Assembly (NCBI RefSeq): GCF_009914755.1 | Contig: NC_060942.1 | DNA: 64,000 nt | Origin: the human T2T-CHM13v2.0 reference genome, Homo sapiens | Reading direction: 5' to 3' (one strand) | Position numbers and translations under genes: made by a program | Part shown: positions 42,487 to 55,405 of the stretch, one piece after another | How positions within the stretch are numbered: the first letter of the stretch is position 1 | Layout: every line of letters starts with the position of its first letter | The notes under the pieces: model-generated | What the model was told of the DNA's origin: nothing | Seen by the model: the letters and a program-made list of their open reading frames with translations, nothing else | Database searches by the model: none

Positions 42487-43774
42487 CCCTCAGCAGGCTT
42501 TTTATTGTCTCTAATGAGATAGAAGGAAAAACCCTGTCAGAACTAATAATCCTGTAATGGAAGGCCCTAAAATGCGGATGACATAGGCCTCTACATGAGA
42601 GTACAGACTTAGAAAGTATTGTTCCTCTTGTTTTTGCCAAAAAGTCTTTTACATAAAATCTCTCTAACTGCCTTTTACCAGGGAAGCAGCATTGGTGGTG
42701 TTGTTAGATTTAACAACAGAAGGCTTTTCAAGCATATTCATTGTGACTTTCTTCAACTATAACAGGAAATATAATTGTAAAATGAAGGGCAGAAATGAAC
42801 CAATGTATTCATTTACTTTCACTTTTTTCTAGTCTGTCTAAAATAGGAGAAATTGAATAATATTGGATTTTGTGTTATGAAAAAATGAAGCAAGTTAAAA
42901 TACAGTAGTTTCTTAACCAAGAAGATTTTATGACTTTAAAGAAAGCTGAAATTATACATGAAATCCTCCTGATATTTTGGGCAAGGGGTCACACTGTAAT
43001 CTGAAAATATCCAGTTAATTAAACCCAGAGCTATTCATGGTTTAAGTGGGTCAAAATTAGGTAAGATTATCGAAGAAAATGAGGTAATAGTCCCCAGAAA
43101 GTTCCAATCAGTAGGGTAAACTGACAAGTATAAAGAAAGAATGAACCAAAAATTGCATGCTCCAGAGGGTTTTTAAATGACACGGGGCTTACGTGAGCCC
43201 TGTTATTTTTCCCGAAGATGTTTGTTGATTTCAATGAAAGTAATAAATTCTGTGACTATTCATTTATTTTCTCTCATATTCTTAGTCATTTCTGTGCAAG
43301 ATGAAAACTGGGAACGGGCTACTGTGGATGTCTATGTTTCTTGTCCCCTTGTGACTCTCCTTGGTGATTGAGCAATTCTGTTGGCTTGCTGCTTAAATTG
43401 TTCTTCCTTCTCCTTTACTTTTGCCTGGGAGTTATGGTTTTGCCCAGAACAGGGAAACAGAATTAGAAGAGAGAAGAAAAGAAACCATCCTTCATAACAG
43501 GAAAATATCTGCATTGGAACACAAAAATCTGTTATACAATATGTACAAGCTAGAACTAGAAAGTCCCTTCCCTCCTACTTTAGGAAAAGCAAATCCGTAT
43601 CTAAATGGAGTGCTCCAAATGCACTAAAGGGTACAGTGAAATTTGTATAAAAAATAGTTAACCAAATTATGTCAGATCACACTGTCATTCCTGCTGCCAT
43701 TTATTAGAAAACTTATAAAGCTTTATTTTAATAATTTGGCAATCATTTATTATCTGATTCCTTCATTTTCATTT

Positions 43775-45025
43775 TAACCCATTTTACTGATGAATAATCG
43801 ATACATAATAAAACATATATCTTTAAAGTGTACAACTTTGTAATTTTTACATGTGTATATACCCAAGAAACCATCAGCACAATCTAGATCATAAACTTTT
43901 TCATCAATGCCAAAAGTTTCCTAATGCCTCTTTGCAATCACTCCCTGATACCTGGAACCTGCCCATAAGGAACCAGTGATACACTTTCTGTAGCTATACA
44001 TTGGTTTATATTTTGTAGAATTTTACATATATGGAATCAGAGACTACAAGCTTTTTGCTTGTCTTCTTTCACCGAGCAAAATTACTTTGAGGTTTATCCA
44101 TATTGTTGCTTGTATCAGTCATTCATTTTGTCTTTTTTTCACAAAGCATACTTATTCTTTATTAATGGGAAATTATTCAGGATGTTATCTGTATATGGAA
44201 TGAAATAATCATGAATCATACATGTTTTCAAAATCTGAACATAGGACAATATTGTATAAATATGCCACATTTTTTTATTCAGTCATTGGTTGATGGAATT
44301 TCAGGCTGATTTCATCCTTGTACTATGACAAATAAAGGTACCAAAAACATTCCTTGACCTGTCTTTGTATGGACATGCGTTCATTTTCTTGGGTGCATAT
44401 CAATGGGAATAATTTATGAATCACAGGCCAGATGATCCTTCCTTTTTAAGAAACTGGAAAATGCTTTCCAAACTGGTATACCAATTGACCTTTTTGTCCT
44501 CTATGTAGAAAACTTTCAGTTTTTCCATATCTCTTGTATCACTTGGCATGGTTCAATAAGCTTTATACTTTCAGCCTATCTAGTAGGTGTGTAGTGATAT
44601 TGTAATTTTAATTTGCATATCTTTAATAAGTATTGATGTGGATGTATTTCTATGTTCTTATTTGCTGCCTACATATCTTTTGGGGGGGTGTTTCTGCTCA
44701 AATATTATGCTCATTTTTAACTGTTTAGCTATTTTCTTATTTTTAAATTTTGAGAATTTTGTGTATATTTTAGATCCAAGTTCTTTATTAGATATAGAAT
44801 TCACAAATATTTTTCCAGTATGTGGCTGGTATTTTCATTCTTAGTTTCTTTTGAAGAGCAGAAGTTTTAAATGTATTGATTTGTTCTTTTAAGGATTATG
44901 CTTTTTGTAATATCTGAGAAATCTTGGCCTAATGCAAAACTGTATTTTCTTATTGAGGATTTAAATGTTTATGTTATATATTGAGGCTTATCATACATAT
45001 TGAGGCTTTTTTTTTTGTATGTGAA
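43775..45025 (-). mobile_element. L1MC/L1MD-type 3' end and ORF2 remnant
   Basis: tttaaagtgtacaa...gaaaccatcagcacaatc...aagaaactgg..aatgctttccaaa...ttttaatttgcat...ttttgaagagcagaagttttaa. Confidence 0.85.
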
Positions 45026-45099
45026 AATAAGTTTAACCAGTGCAACCCATATTCTAGAAACAGTTTTGCCTCACTTTTGAGGAAATACCCTTTTTAAAA

Positions 45100-45620
45100 C
45101 TGTACCTTAAGCCCTTGATTTGTAAGGTTTTCTACTTTGGCTGGTAGCATGATCTCCAGCAGTTTTCTTCTCTGCCCCTCTAGGGTGGATCTTCCACCAG
45201 CCTCAGTTATTTTCCTTATATCCATGTTCTGATCAATACTCAGATAAAGACCCAAGGAAGACTCTGCAGATTTAGGGAGTGCCTGCTCTCTCTGCACCCC
45301 TCTCCTCCCTAGTACTCTGTCCTCCACTATCTAGCTGCCTTGACTTCAGATGCTAACTCTGTGTACTTCATTCAAAGGGAACACACGTAATGCTTGGATT
45401 CCCTCACTGAATGTTGTTTTTGAAACTCTTTCCAGGTACTCCTGTTGGGGCAGTTGGAGGACTCACTTTGTCTGTTTCTTCTCTATAAATATCTGTCCTA
45501 CAATGTCTGATGTCTGATCTCCCCCCAAAAAAAATTGCTTTATATATTTTGTCAGGTTTTAAAAATTTTTTTAAATGAAAATAATTCCAAATCTTTTATT
45601 CTATCCTAACAGAAAGCCAA
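45100..45620 (-). mobile_element. Old L1M 5' region
   Basis: ctctctgcacccctctcctccctagtactctgtcct...ctagctgccttg. Confidence 0.55.
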
Positions 45621-46129
45621 GGTAAGATCCTTAATTGAAATTGTATTTCTTTTTCATTTAAAAGAACTTATTTGCTCATATGTTTGTTTTGTGGCATCTT
45701 GCTTTGATTTCATGTATTCAATGTTTTCTTTTACATCTCTAAATAACATTTTCTTGGAAGGTTTTCTTCTGCCTGATGCATAGTCTCCATTTTCTAAAGA
45801 TTTCTTTATTTGTGAGGGCCTTTTATTTTTGCCTTGTCTTATATTCAAGGCTTTTCTTCCATAACTTGTGATTTGTAGATTTCCAAGTAAAATTTAACAT
45901 TTAGCCCTGAGATATTGGACTTTGGGGCCTTGTCTACTAATTGTATTTAATAAATAATGAGAAGACATTGAACCAGTATTTCTTTATCTCATAACACAAT
46001 AGTTATTTTATTTTATATTCAAGTATTTTCTCTATAATTTTTTTTCTCTTTTTCAACTGAAGTATTTTCTCTACATAATTTCTCCACAATTTAATCCATA
46101 TTATTGTCTGTGGGATCAGCATGTCTAAG

Positions 46130-46374
46130 CTCACAGTCAAGAAACTGGAAGTTTCCTTATTTGGCGAAGGCCAATTCTTGGTTCAAAGAAAAGTACTTTG
46201 TCCCTGTGTCCTCACATGGTGGAAAGGGCAAGGGACCTCTCTGGGGCCTTTTTGACAAGGGCAATAATTCCATTCATGAGGGATCTGTCCCCATGATCTG
46301 ATCACCTATTAAGGCCCCACTTCTTGGGATTACATTTCAATATACGAATTTGGGAAGGCAACCATTCAGACCAC
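46130..46374 (-). mobile_element. MLT1A-like LTR fragment
   Basis: tgtgtcctcacatggtggaaagggcaagg..cctctctgggg...ccattcatgaggg...cattcagaccaca. Confidence 0.8.
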
Positions 46375-47106
46375 AGGAGTACCTAACTGGCCAATTGCTC
46401 TTGATTTAAACCTACCCCCAGTCCCCATATTCTCAGCTCTGCCCCTCATGTGTGTCTTCGCCAGCACTGTGTATTCCAAATACTGAGTCTTTATGGATTG
46501 ATTCTGTTTGAAGACTGATCTCCGTCTTGTGACTAGCTCTGCCTTTAAGGTCCTCCTTGTGGCTCTGCTACCACACACTGGTATCACGTAACGCTTCTCA
46601 ACTTGTACCTTTGCAACACAATACATTGATGACTCCTCTTTTTTTTTTTTTTGTCTGTCCCTGTTGATAAGCACATTTTAATAAATATAGCAATTTTAGC
46701 GGGACTAGGGGAACAAGAAGATATAAATGAATATAAATGTCCAAATTGCTCTTTTAGCTGCCTGTTTCTTACATGAGTTAAATCTACTGCAAATGTTAGC
46801 ATGTCTCTCCCTCAGGACAGAGCTTATTCTGGTCTTTCACTTTGTATTCTGGACTCTGTGTGATAATAACCAGGAGAGAAAGAAAATGGAAATATGAATC
46901 TAGTTATTCAGTCCCAGTCTTGGTAAAGTTTGTGGGTGGTAGATCATCTGTAATATCTTTTCTCATGGATAATCTGCAAAATCTAAACTTTTGACTGAAC
47001 ACTTATCTCTCATTAATAAAAGCAGCTACTTGTTAAACAATGACAATATTTATTATTTGTTTGAGCTTTTTAGGCAGGGATACGTTTGTTTCCTTGTTTT
47101 TTGCTG

Positions 47107-47325
47107 TTGTTTTTCTTTTTTTCATTGACAAATAAAAATTATATGTGTTTATGGTGTATAACATGATATTTTACTTAATAACAATATGCTGTCTACTTGA
47201 AAAATGCTAAGAGAGTACATTTTAAGTGTTCTCACCACAAAAAAGATAAGTATATGAGTTTATTCCTATGTTAATTAGCTTGATTTAGCCATTTCACAAT
47301 ATATATGTATATCACAACATCATGC
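47107..47325 (-). mobile_element. Short L1MA (MA7-9-like) with 5' inversion (twin priming)
   Basis: ~47107-47172 is the antisense extreme 3' end; ~47173-47325 is the upstream 3'UTR in sense orientation; TSD tgttttttgctg / tgttttttactg. Confidence 0.85.
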
Positions 47326-49474
47326 TGTTTTTTACTGATTTCCACTCAAACTTTAAATATAATAAGTTTGGCCCTGCATTGATTCTATGTCCATTAAGAC
47401 AACCATCTGTTAAATCATTTCCGTTGCCCATGATCACATAAAAGTCAGAGTGATTGCAATTTGATTTTGCAATTGCTGGTTGGTTGAGTTAGTTTCCCTA
47501 ACAGCAAAGAAAGACTCTTTGATTAGCAGACTGAAAAAAAGTGTTCATCTCAAAAATGTATCACACTAATAATCTTCCTGAATAATACATCCTTGGCTTA
47601 CCTCTTTTGATTTTGACTACAAAGGCTTATGATTTTTTTTTTTAAATCAGACAACTGATGAAATAATAAAATATTCTAGAACACTGTCATGCAACTAATG
47701 AAGTAGCCCAATTGTCATCTGATAACCTTAATAGATATTTCACGTTGAATTTATTTATGCAGGTTAAAAGAGGTTTTCTTTATTGAGTTATTGGATGGCT
47801 TTATAAAGTAGGCAACTGAAGGGGAATGGTGAAATGCTACAATCAGACTGCATGTAGTAAATAAAGGCAGCTATAGTACTGTTCTTCCAAAGTATAATAA
47901 AGATAATTTATTTGCATGTTATGAAGATTTCTTTTGGAAAGATCCTTATAATTTGATTGACATTTGTACAATTTATCTGAATGTACTTAATTCTTACCAA
48001 ATACATATGCATAATTGGCAATGTACACATCAAATTTGATAATTTTAATATCTCAACTAAAGAGGAATAATGCATTGAAAATATCCATGTTAATATTACA
48101 ACAGGTTTCTTTCAAACTGAAATTAGTATGCTCACCTAATCTAGAAACGTTACAAACTGCACAATGAGTCTAAATAAGCATTTACAATTTCATAGCTTAA
48201 TCTTGCCTTTTGAAGCTGGTTATTTCTTGGATAAAGAAGGGCATTAGTCTACAACAGGCAGATGCACTTTTAATGTAATGCTCATTTACTTTAAGGAGTT
48301 CATTAAATTTGCCAGATACTCCGAAGTTCTCATAAGGATACATTTAGCTCACAGATATAATACTTGTTTGTTGTTCATGAGAAACTACAGAGAAAAACAT
48401 AGTTATGCATGGACTTGAATTGTTGTGATACATAGCTACTGCAGTATCATATGAGAGCATGTGATTTTATATGCAAATGATCACTGCATATATATATAAA
48501 ATATTATGTATTTCTTAATAATTGTTTCCTTTAATTTTAAATCTTCTAAAACACCATTTGCACTATGTAAGATATTTATTACCCAAAACTAATAAAACAA
48601 GAAAATGCTGTTTTTAATCAAAATGATGTTTTTTATAAAATCTCAAATCTCACTATGCTCTAAGGCATGTGATTTGGCAATCTATTTTCACATTTTTTAG
48701 AATAGTTCAGAGGATCTAAGCCTTTTATATGTTCAGATCTAAATAGGTCTCTACATAAATAAATTTATATCCAACCATAAATAGTATATCTTCCAAATAT
48801 TTTAAATCAGGCGAGAATAATTTTCCAGATTACACTAAATAGATTTCTAATATAAAATAGAATAATCATTGATAAATCAATTGTATTAAAAAACCAGTTG
48901 GATATTTTACATTATATATTTTAACAAATCTGATATTAACACGATTTTTCCAATTCAAAAAATGTAAAATTTTTAATTTTTTAAATTCTTCCTTAAAGAA
49001 AGTGATTTCAAATTTCCTATGCCCTTTAGTGGTTTGATTCAATTTTTTAACTATTGAGTTTCTATATTTTACTAAAACTTTTATTGAGTTCATTAATCAC
49101 TTATCTAAGCCATTTATCTATTCATTCATTCACTTGAAAAGCAACGTTGTAGAATCCCTACCAGAGGAAAGGCACTGCTCTATGTATTATTGGCAAAAAC
49201 TTGCATAATCAAATATTGATCTTGACACGTTATCTTTAATCATGGAAGAGAATCAGTCATGTATATAACTGAAGACATTAAAAAATAAAAGGTGAGACTT
49301 AAATTGGTTAAATCCATGAAATCTATCTCTTCTATATCTCACAATACATCATGATATTTGTCACTAAACTAAAAATGATGGTTGATGGAACTGGAGAGGA
49401 GGGTGGGATTGCTTTAAGCTAAATTCAGAAAGCCTTGATAAAACAGAGAACATTTTAGGTGAGCTTTTTTTAAA

Positions 49475-49552
49475 AATATATATATATATATTACATATTT
49501 TATGTTATAATATAATATATATTATATATTATTATATATATTTATATATAAA
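49475..49552. repeat. TA-rich tract
   Basis: Degenerate (TA)n/(TATAT)n. Confidence 0.9.
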
Positions 49553-49839
49553 TGGTGTTTGCATAATCAGAACCAAAGAAATAGTATGCCTCTGTTAAAG
49601 GGGTGATGCTTATTGTTCACTTTCCTAAACCCATGAGTAGCAACTCTTGTGATTGGGGGAAAAGACTGTTTGGGGGATGAAATTTTATTTGTTTAACAAA
49701 ACTAAAGGGACAAGCATTTGTACTAACATTTCTCTAACCACGGTGCATTATAACTTTATCCTATTCTTGTTCTAAATCATGAGGAATCTTAAAATTATTC
49801 TGATTCACCCTGTTGGGTAAAGAGGAGTCACTTAAAAGA

Positions 49840-50352
49840 GAGGGGAAGTGAGTTTCAGTCATGCAAGATTACAAAGGTCTAGTGACCGGCTATATACTAA
49901 TGTACATATAGTAGGCAACACTGTAATCTGCACTAAAAATTAAAACTGAACTCACAGAGATAGGTCATAGAATGATGGCTACTAGAGGCTGGGAAGGGGA
50001 GAGGGTTGGGGAGAGCAAGTATGGGTAGTGAGTACAAAAATATAGTTAGAATGAATAAGACCTAGTATTTGATAGCACGACAGGGTGAATACAGTCAATA
50101 ATAATTTATTATACATTTTAAAATAACCAAAAGAATATAATTGGATTGTTTATAAAACAAAGAAAGAATAAATGCTTGAAGTGACAGACACCCCATTCAC
50201 CTTGATGTGATTATTACACATTGTAAGCCTGCGTCAAAATAGTTCATGTACCACATAAATACATATACCTACTATGCACTCATAAAATATAAAATACAAT
50301 AAATTGTTAACCAGGCTTATATCATGTTACGTGTTTTTACCACAATAGAAAA
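49840..50352 (+). mobile_element. L1MB-type 3' end interrupted by an L1MA2-like 3' end (~49941-50300)
   Basis: gagtttcagtcatgcaagat...cactaaaaatt [ttagaatgaataagacctagtatttgatagcac...atacctactatg] aaattgttaa...gtgtttttaccacaat. Confidence 0.8.
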
Positions 50353-51129
50353 GTCATTTTACACACAATTATAACTCTTGTCCTAAAAACAAACAAACAA
50401 AAAGCCCAGAAGATCAATTGCAATAGATTTTCTTTCCAGGTTTGAAAAGATGACAGGATAATAGCTAAACATTTACTGATAATGAGATAAGAAGAAAAAA
50501 TTTAAATCTGATGCATTTGGAGAAAATCAATGAGATTTATAGAAGATTTAGCAGGCTTTTCTACTCTGCCCCTTGCTTCATGTCTGCCTTTTCCCCTAAA
50601 AGCTTATTTGTCTTCATATAAGTTTTTGCATTTCAGTAAATGCAACTCCATTTTAAAAATATGGCCTAATATTTTTACATGCACAAGATTTTCCGTTGGA
50701 TTTTCCTTAATATCTATAAGCATTAATGTCTAAAGCTATAAATGGAAAAAGAAGAATCAATGGTATTATGTAAGCACATTCTTATCTATGAAATATTTGA
50801 GATAAAACAAGGCTGAAATAGAAGTTTTCTACATAAAATATACTTGTCATTAGATTGCTCCTGTTTTATCTTTGACTATTCTCTATTGTTATGGGCCAGA
50901 TTTTGCAGAACTATAATGACTACATCATGAAAAATAGCCATAACAGTTACTTGATTTCCTTACATGTTCTTTATATGATTTATTAATTGTACGTTAATAG
51001 ATTATCTACATATTATTGATACTCAATTGATGTTTGCTGAATCAGTATGACAAATGAGAAAACATTTGGGGAAACTTCAAGTAAGTCATTATTTGATAAT
51101 TATTTGATGCTTTCCTGTTCTTCAATCAC

Positions 51130-51424
51130 TTTTTTTTTTAAGATGATATTTTGCTCTTGTAGCCCAGGCTGGAGTCCAATGGCATGATCTCGGCTCACTG
51201 AAAACTCCCTCTCCTGAGTTCAAGAGATTCTCCTGCCTCAGCCTCCCAAATAGCTGGAATTACAGGCACCCGGCACCAAGCCTAGCTACTTTTTTTGTAT
51301 TTTTAGTAGAGACAGGGTTTCACTATGTTGGGCAGGCTGGTCTCTAACTCCTGACCTTAGGTGATCTGCCCACCTTGGCCTCCCAAAGTGCTGGGATTAC
51401 AGGTGTGAGCCACCACGCCCAGCC
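51130..51424 (-). mobile_element. AluS (Sq/Sx-like)
   Basis: Full dimer ending gtgagccaccacgcccagcc. Confidence 0.95.
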
Positions 51425-51844
51425 AGAATATTTTTTAAATAAACAAAGCATATTTAAGGAGCACAACTTCCCTACCAGTTGGGTATCTGAGTCTGAGGTA
51501 ACTGCTGACATTATTCAAAGATAAAAATCACTGAATGTCCCTTAGAGACAGAGTCATGATTACAGCTTAGTAATGTGGCTTCTCTTTTGATTCCATGGCC
51601 TCCTCTGTTGCACAACACTGTTCTGGGGGTTCCCATCATCTTCTAATGCCATCTTAGCCAGTTTGATTTCTTTTTTTTTTTTTTTTTGTGAAAAGAAACT
51701 AGCCCCTATTAACAGGAACTAACAGATAAAAAGTTGCTCAGGGATCTAAGACATACACTTCACATAGGCAGTTTTCTCGCTGTCTGTTATCAGCATCAGT
51801 GTTTAAATGTTCACCATGCTATGCACCTAGCTACTTTTGACTCT

Positions 51845-52640
51845 GTCATTAACTCAGCAAATATTTGTTGGTTTTAAACTATTTTCCAAGCAGCTATGTC
51901 CCACTATGCTTAATGTGTGGAATAAAAAGGGATATTACCCCTTACGAAGCTTGATGTCTAGTAGGAGAATGAAACACTTAAATAAAGTCCTACATAATGG
52001 GACTTGCCCTATGAAGACAGATAGGAGGAGAAACATTTAAATAAGTCCCCTCAGGGGTGCACCGGAAATAAACTAAGCCAAGATATGAAAGTCAGTCATG
52101 AAGAAAGTATGAGAGATACATTCTTGGCAGAAAGACAAACGTGAGAGAAAATCTGAAAGTAAGAGCATCTTGGGACAGTGGGGAATCTGAAAACAGAGCA
52201 CTGTGGTTTGTCTAATCGGAGGAAGAGAAAAGGCTGGAATAGAAATAGGTTGGAGTAACAGGCAGGGATCAGACCCCAGAGAATTTGGGTGCCCTTTATA
52301 AGGAGCTAGAATTTTTATTCAAAATGAAATTAAAACTATTCATGCCGAGTTTAAGTAGTAGTGCATTATGATTAGAGTTCTGTTCTACAAGATCTTGCTG
52401 GGTTTGGGCAAGTAACTTTAGAGGGGCCAGGAGTGGGAGAAGCATGAAATGCATTAAAAAGAGTTTGCAGTCAATGATGACGGCTCAAGGGGAGGAACAG
52501 GAGTAAAAATTCAGACAAATGGAAAGATTTCAGTTTATATTTAACCTAAGAATGAAAGAACATGCTGAAGGATTAACAGAGAAAGTGAAAAAAATAAGGT
52601 TTTTTGATGCTTCCGTGTCTGATTCGAACAGCTACATTGT
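51845..52640 (-). mobile_element. L2
   Basis: tcattaactcagcaaatatttgttg...gcttgatgtctagtaggaga...ggcagggatcagacc. Confidence 0.7.
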
Positions 52641-52699
52641 TTCTCAAAATAGTTAATGAACTCAAACTCCCTCTGATCAATAATCTTCCCAACCAGGAG

Positions 52700-53230
52700 T
52701 CTCATCAGGCTACTTAATACCTGTCAAAGAAGGTGTTACAAGTAGCTTCTCATTGTTTTCAGTGTGGTCATCAATGAGGTTCAGAATCATGCCTTCTTTC
52801 TTAAGTCATTTTCTCCACTTCACTTCCAGGCTGCTGGGTTTTCTTGTCAGTCCTTCTTCACTACTCACTCTGAAACAGCTCTGCTAGCTCCTCCTTGACT
52901 CTTAGATCTCTAAATTTTGGGAACTGGGGATCTTCTTGGTTGTTTTATTTTTCTTGTCAACACTTTCTACTCAGATTATCTCATCCACTTTCATTGCTTG
53001 GCACAGCCTGGACATGCTAATGATTTCCACATGTCTATTTTCAGCCCATGCCTTCTTTTTTCATCATGATTGTATGTCACTTTCTGGATGTCACTTATTG
53101 GATATATAAGAGATATCCATACTTAATGTGTTCAATAGTAAGCTGCTGATCTACCCTGTTTAGTTCCCAACAAAACCTGCTCACCTTCAGATTTCATCAT
53201 CTCAGGTGATGATGACTTCATTCTTCAATT
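52700..53230 (+). mobile_element. L2
   Basis: tctcatccactttcat...atgctaatgatttccacatgtctattttcagcc...ccatacttaatgtgttcaa. Confidence 0.7.
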
Positions 53231-53400
53231 GCTATATATATATAAAACATATAATAAATTATACCTATAATAATTAATTACAATAATTGTTATATAATAA
53301 TATATTACATATTGCAACAATTATATATCATATGATAAATAATTGATATTATTATATTATATTAATTATATATGTATTGCTATATATACATATATTCCTA
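53228..53400. repeat. AT-rich tract with internal palindrome
   Basis: Nearly all A/T; 28-bp near-perfect palindrome at 53318-53345. Confidence 0.88.
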
Positions 53401-54849
53401 TATTTTTTGTGGGCATTTGGTGGAGTCCTATGAAAAAGAGCTTGAGAGTGAGCGTCACCCTCAATTATTCTGAAGTTGTCAGCTATTTTCAGGGAGTAAA
53501 CTGGCCCACACATGACCTTTAAGAATTCATGAAAATTTCATTGTTTTTTTCTGACTTCTTTTTATGACAGCAACTTTTCCTCCCCTACTGTGTAGATACA
53601 GAAGCAATCCATATATTCTGTCTTACTAAACTTGCATATTTTTAGAATTCAGTTCAGTGGCAGAATATATGGATAACTTCACTACTTCAGATTGCCCTTC
53701 AAGCCAAAAGCCTAGGAAGACTTCTCCTATCTCTTTTTCCTTCAAGTTCACCGCATCCATGTTGCTGCCACTAACTCAGAAAACTTTCATAAAAGCATGA
53801 AAGATTTCTTTGGATTAGAAAGAGGAAAGTTGGCAATGATGACTACGTTATAAAATTAAAGTGGATGAGATTGAGCAAATATGATTACAAAGATACTGAG
53901 TACGTTGATTAAAATAAATATATTAATAGCATTTTCTGAAAGTGGGAGTAGCAGAGGAGCTGAGATGGGTCTAAGTGAGTGCCTTTAATAGGGTAGGAAA
54001 TAATTGAGTATGCATGGCATCAAAGAGATGAGTGGAAATGTGGGAATGAAATAGAGATAAAGAAATGTAATTGCTTTCTGCCTATTTTGATTTCTCTCTG
54101 TTTTTGGGAGGTCTGTGAGGTTTTATCTATCTGGTGTCTAATGAATGGATTTGGAAGAGATAGCAGGAATGGGTGATATGAGCTTAAGGGGTTAAGTATC
54201 AATAATCTCTATGGAATATAAACAAAACTGTGTCTCCCAAAAGAGACAGTTAATTCTTAACAAATTGTCAAAGACAATTTTTGGACGGAACACATGCTGT
54301 GCCTGTGACATACACATGACCACTGAGCACCTCTGGCATCCTCTCAGCTTCCACACTGCTAACATTGGCAATGTCTCAAGAGCCTTAGAAAACACAGCTG
54401 GAGGCAAAAATACATTGTGGACATTTTATTTAGGAGACGAAAATTTAGGTCAATGAGAGTGAGGATGGAGAAAAATGAGGAAGAGAATGATGGGATAAAT
54501 GGAAAGAAATTTATTACATGGCCTCACTGCTTCACAAAATGTAAACAGATACCACAGATGTGTCCAGCTTGCCTCAGAGCCTATCTTCAGACAGGCTCTC
54601 CAGTACGCCACATCTCAGAAGAGGCCACGGGAATGAGAAAGGACATAGAATTTATCCGTTAGGCTCTGCCGTCTTCTATTTCTCCTTGGCCAAAGCCCAT
54701 TCTGTAGGAAGTTAACTCCCACGCACTTGGGGTTTGAACATTCTAGGCTCTCTGATATTTCATTTCAGTGTGGAAATGGCATGAGGAGGCCAAACTAGCC
54801 AGGGACAGCTGGAGTCATCTCACCTCCCTCTGCAGGAAACACATGGATC

Positions 54850-55130
54850 GTGGCAGAGGCTGGATTAGATCTGGCGTCTCCACTGGAGCAGAAAAATAGT
54901 CTTACTATGTGGCCGTGATTTGGTGAATGTTTTCTTTCATTAGTCAAGAGGATACATATAATTTTACCTTCAAGGTAAGGATATCAGTAATCTCACTGTC
55001 TCGCCTCAAGGCAATGTTATCAAGGCAATGTTGACTCTTCTGCCTTCACAACATATTTACATTCTGCGAAACAGCCCACTGCACCATCATATTGATGATA
55101 TCATGCTTATCTGACCTGGTGAACAGAGAT
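54850..55130 (+). mobile_element. ERVL-class (ERVL/MLT-int) pol reverse-transcriptase remnant
   Basis: 55079-55126 translates LHHHIDDIMLI*PGEQ, matching ERVL RT LVHYIDDIMLIGPSEQ; upstream ctcactgtctcgcctcaagg corresponds to the TVLPQG motif. Confidence 0.75.
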
Positions 55131-55221
55131 GTTTTTAAAAGTCTGTATAAAAACAGCATACACTTTCTACAATTTATAAAGAAACAAAGTTCTGTAGCCC
55201 TCTCAAGGTTTTGCAGATAAC

Positions 55222-55405
55222 TGTGGTAGTCCACTGCAAACTGCTTACCATAATTTTATTCCCTTTAGCTACCTCCTTAAAAGGATACCTGGCAATCTGG
55301 TTTCAGGCTTTGCCATGTGCATTTCTTTGGTCAAAGGAGAAATAGCAAATGTGACGGTAGCTGAGATTTGAAACATGTTTGGCCTTGAAACTTCCCTCTC
55401 ACTTT
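55222..55405 (+). mobile_element. MLT1-type LTR 5' fragment
   Basis: tgtggtag...ggctttgccatgtgcatttctttggtcaaagg...tagcaaatgtgac. Confidence 0.55.

Noticed and set aside
42329-42640. 103-aa His/Thr-rich ORF (also 6604-6795 and 59479-59679)
   Set aside because: Read-through of (CA)n/(TA)n microsatellites
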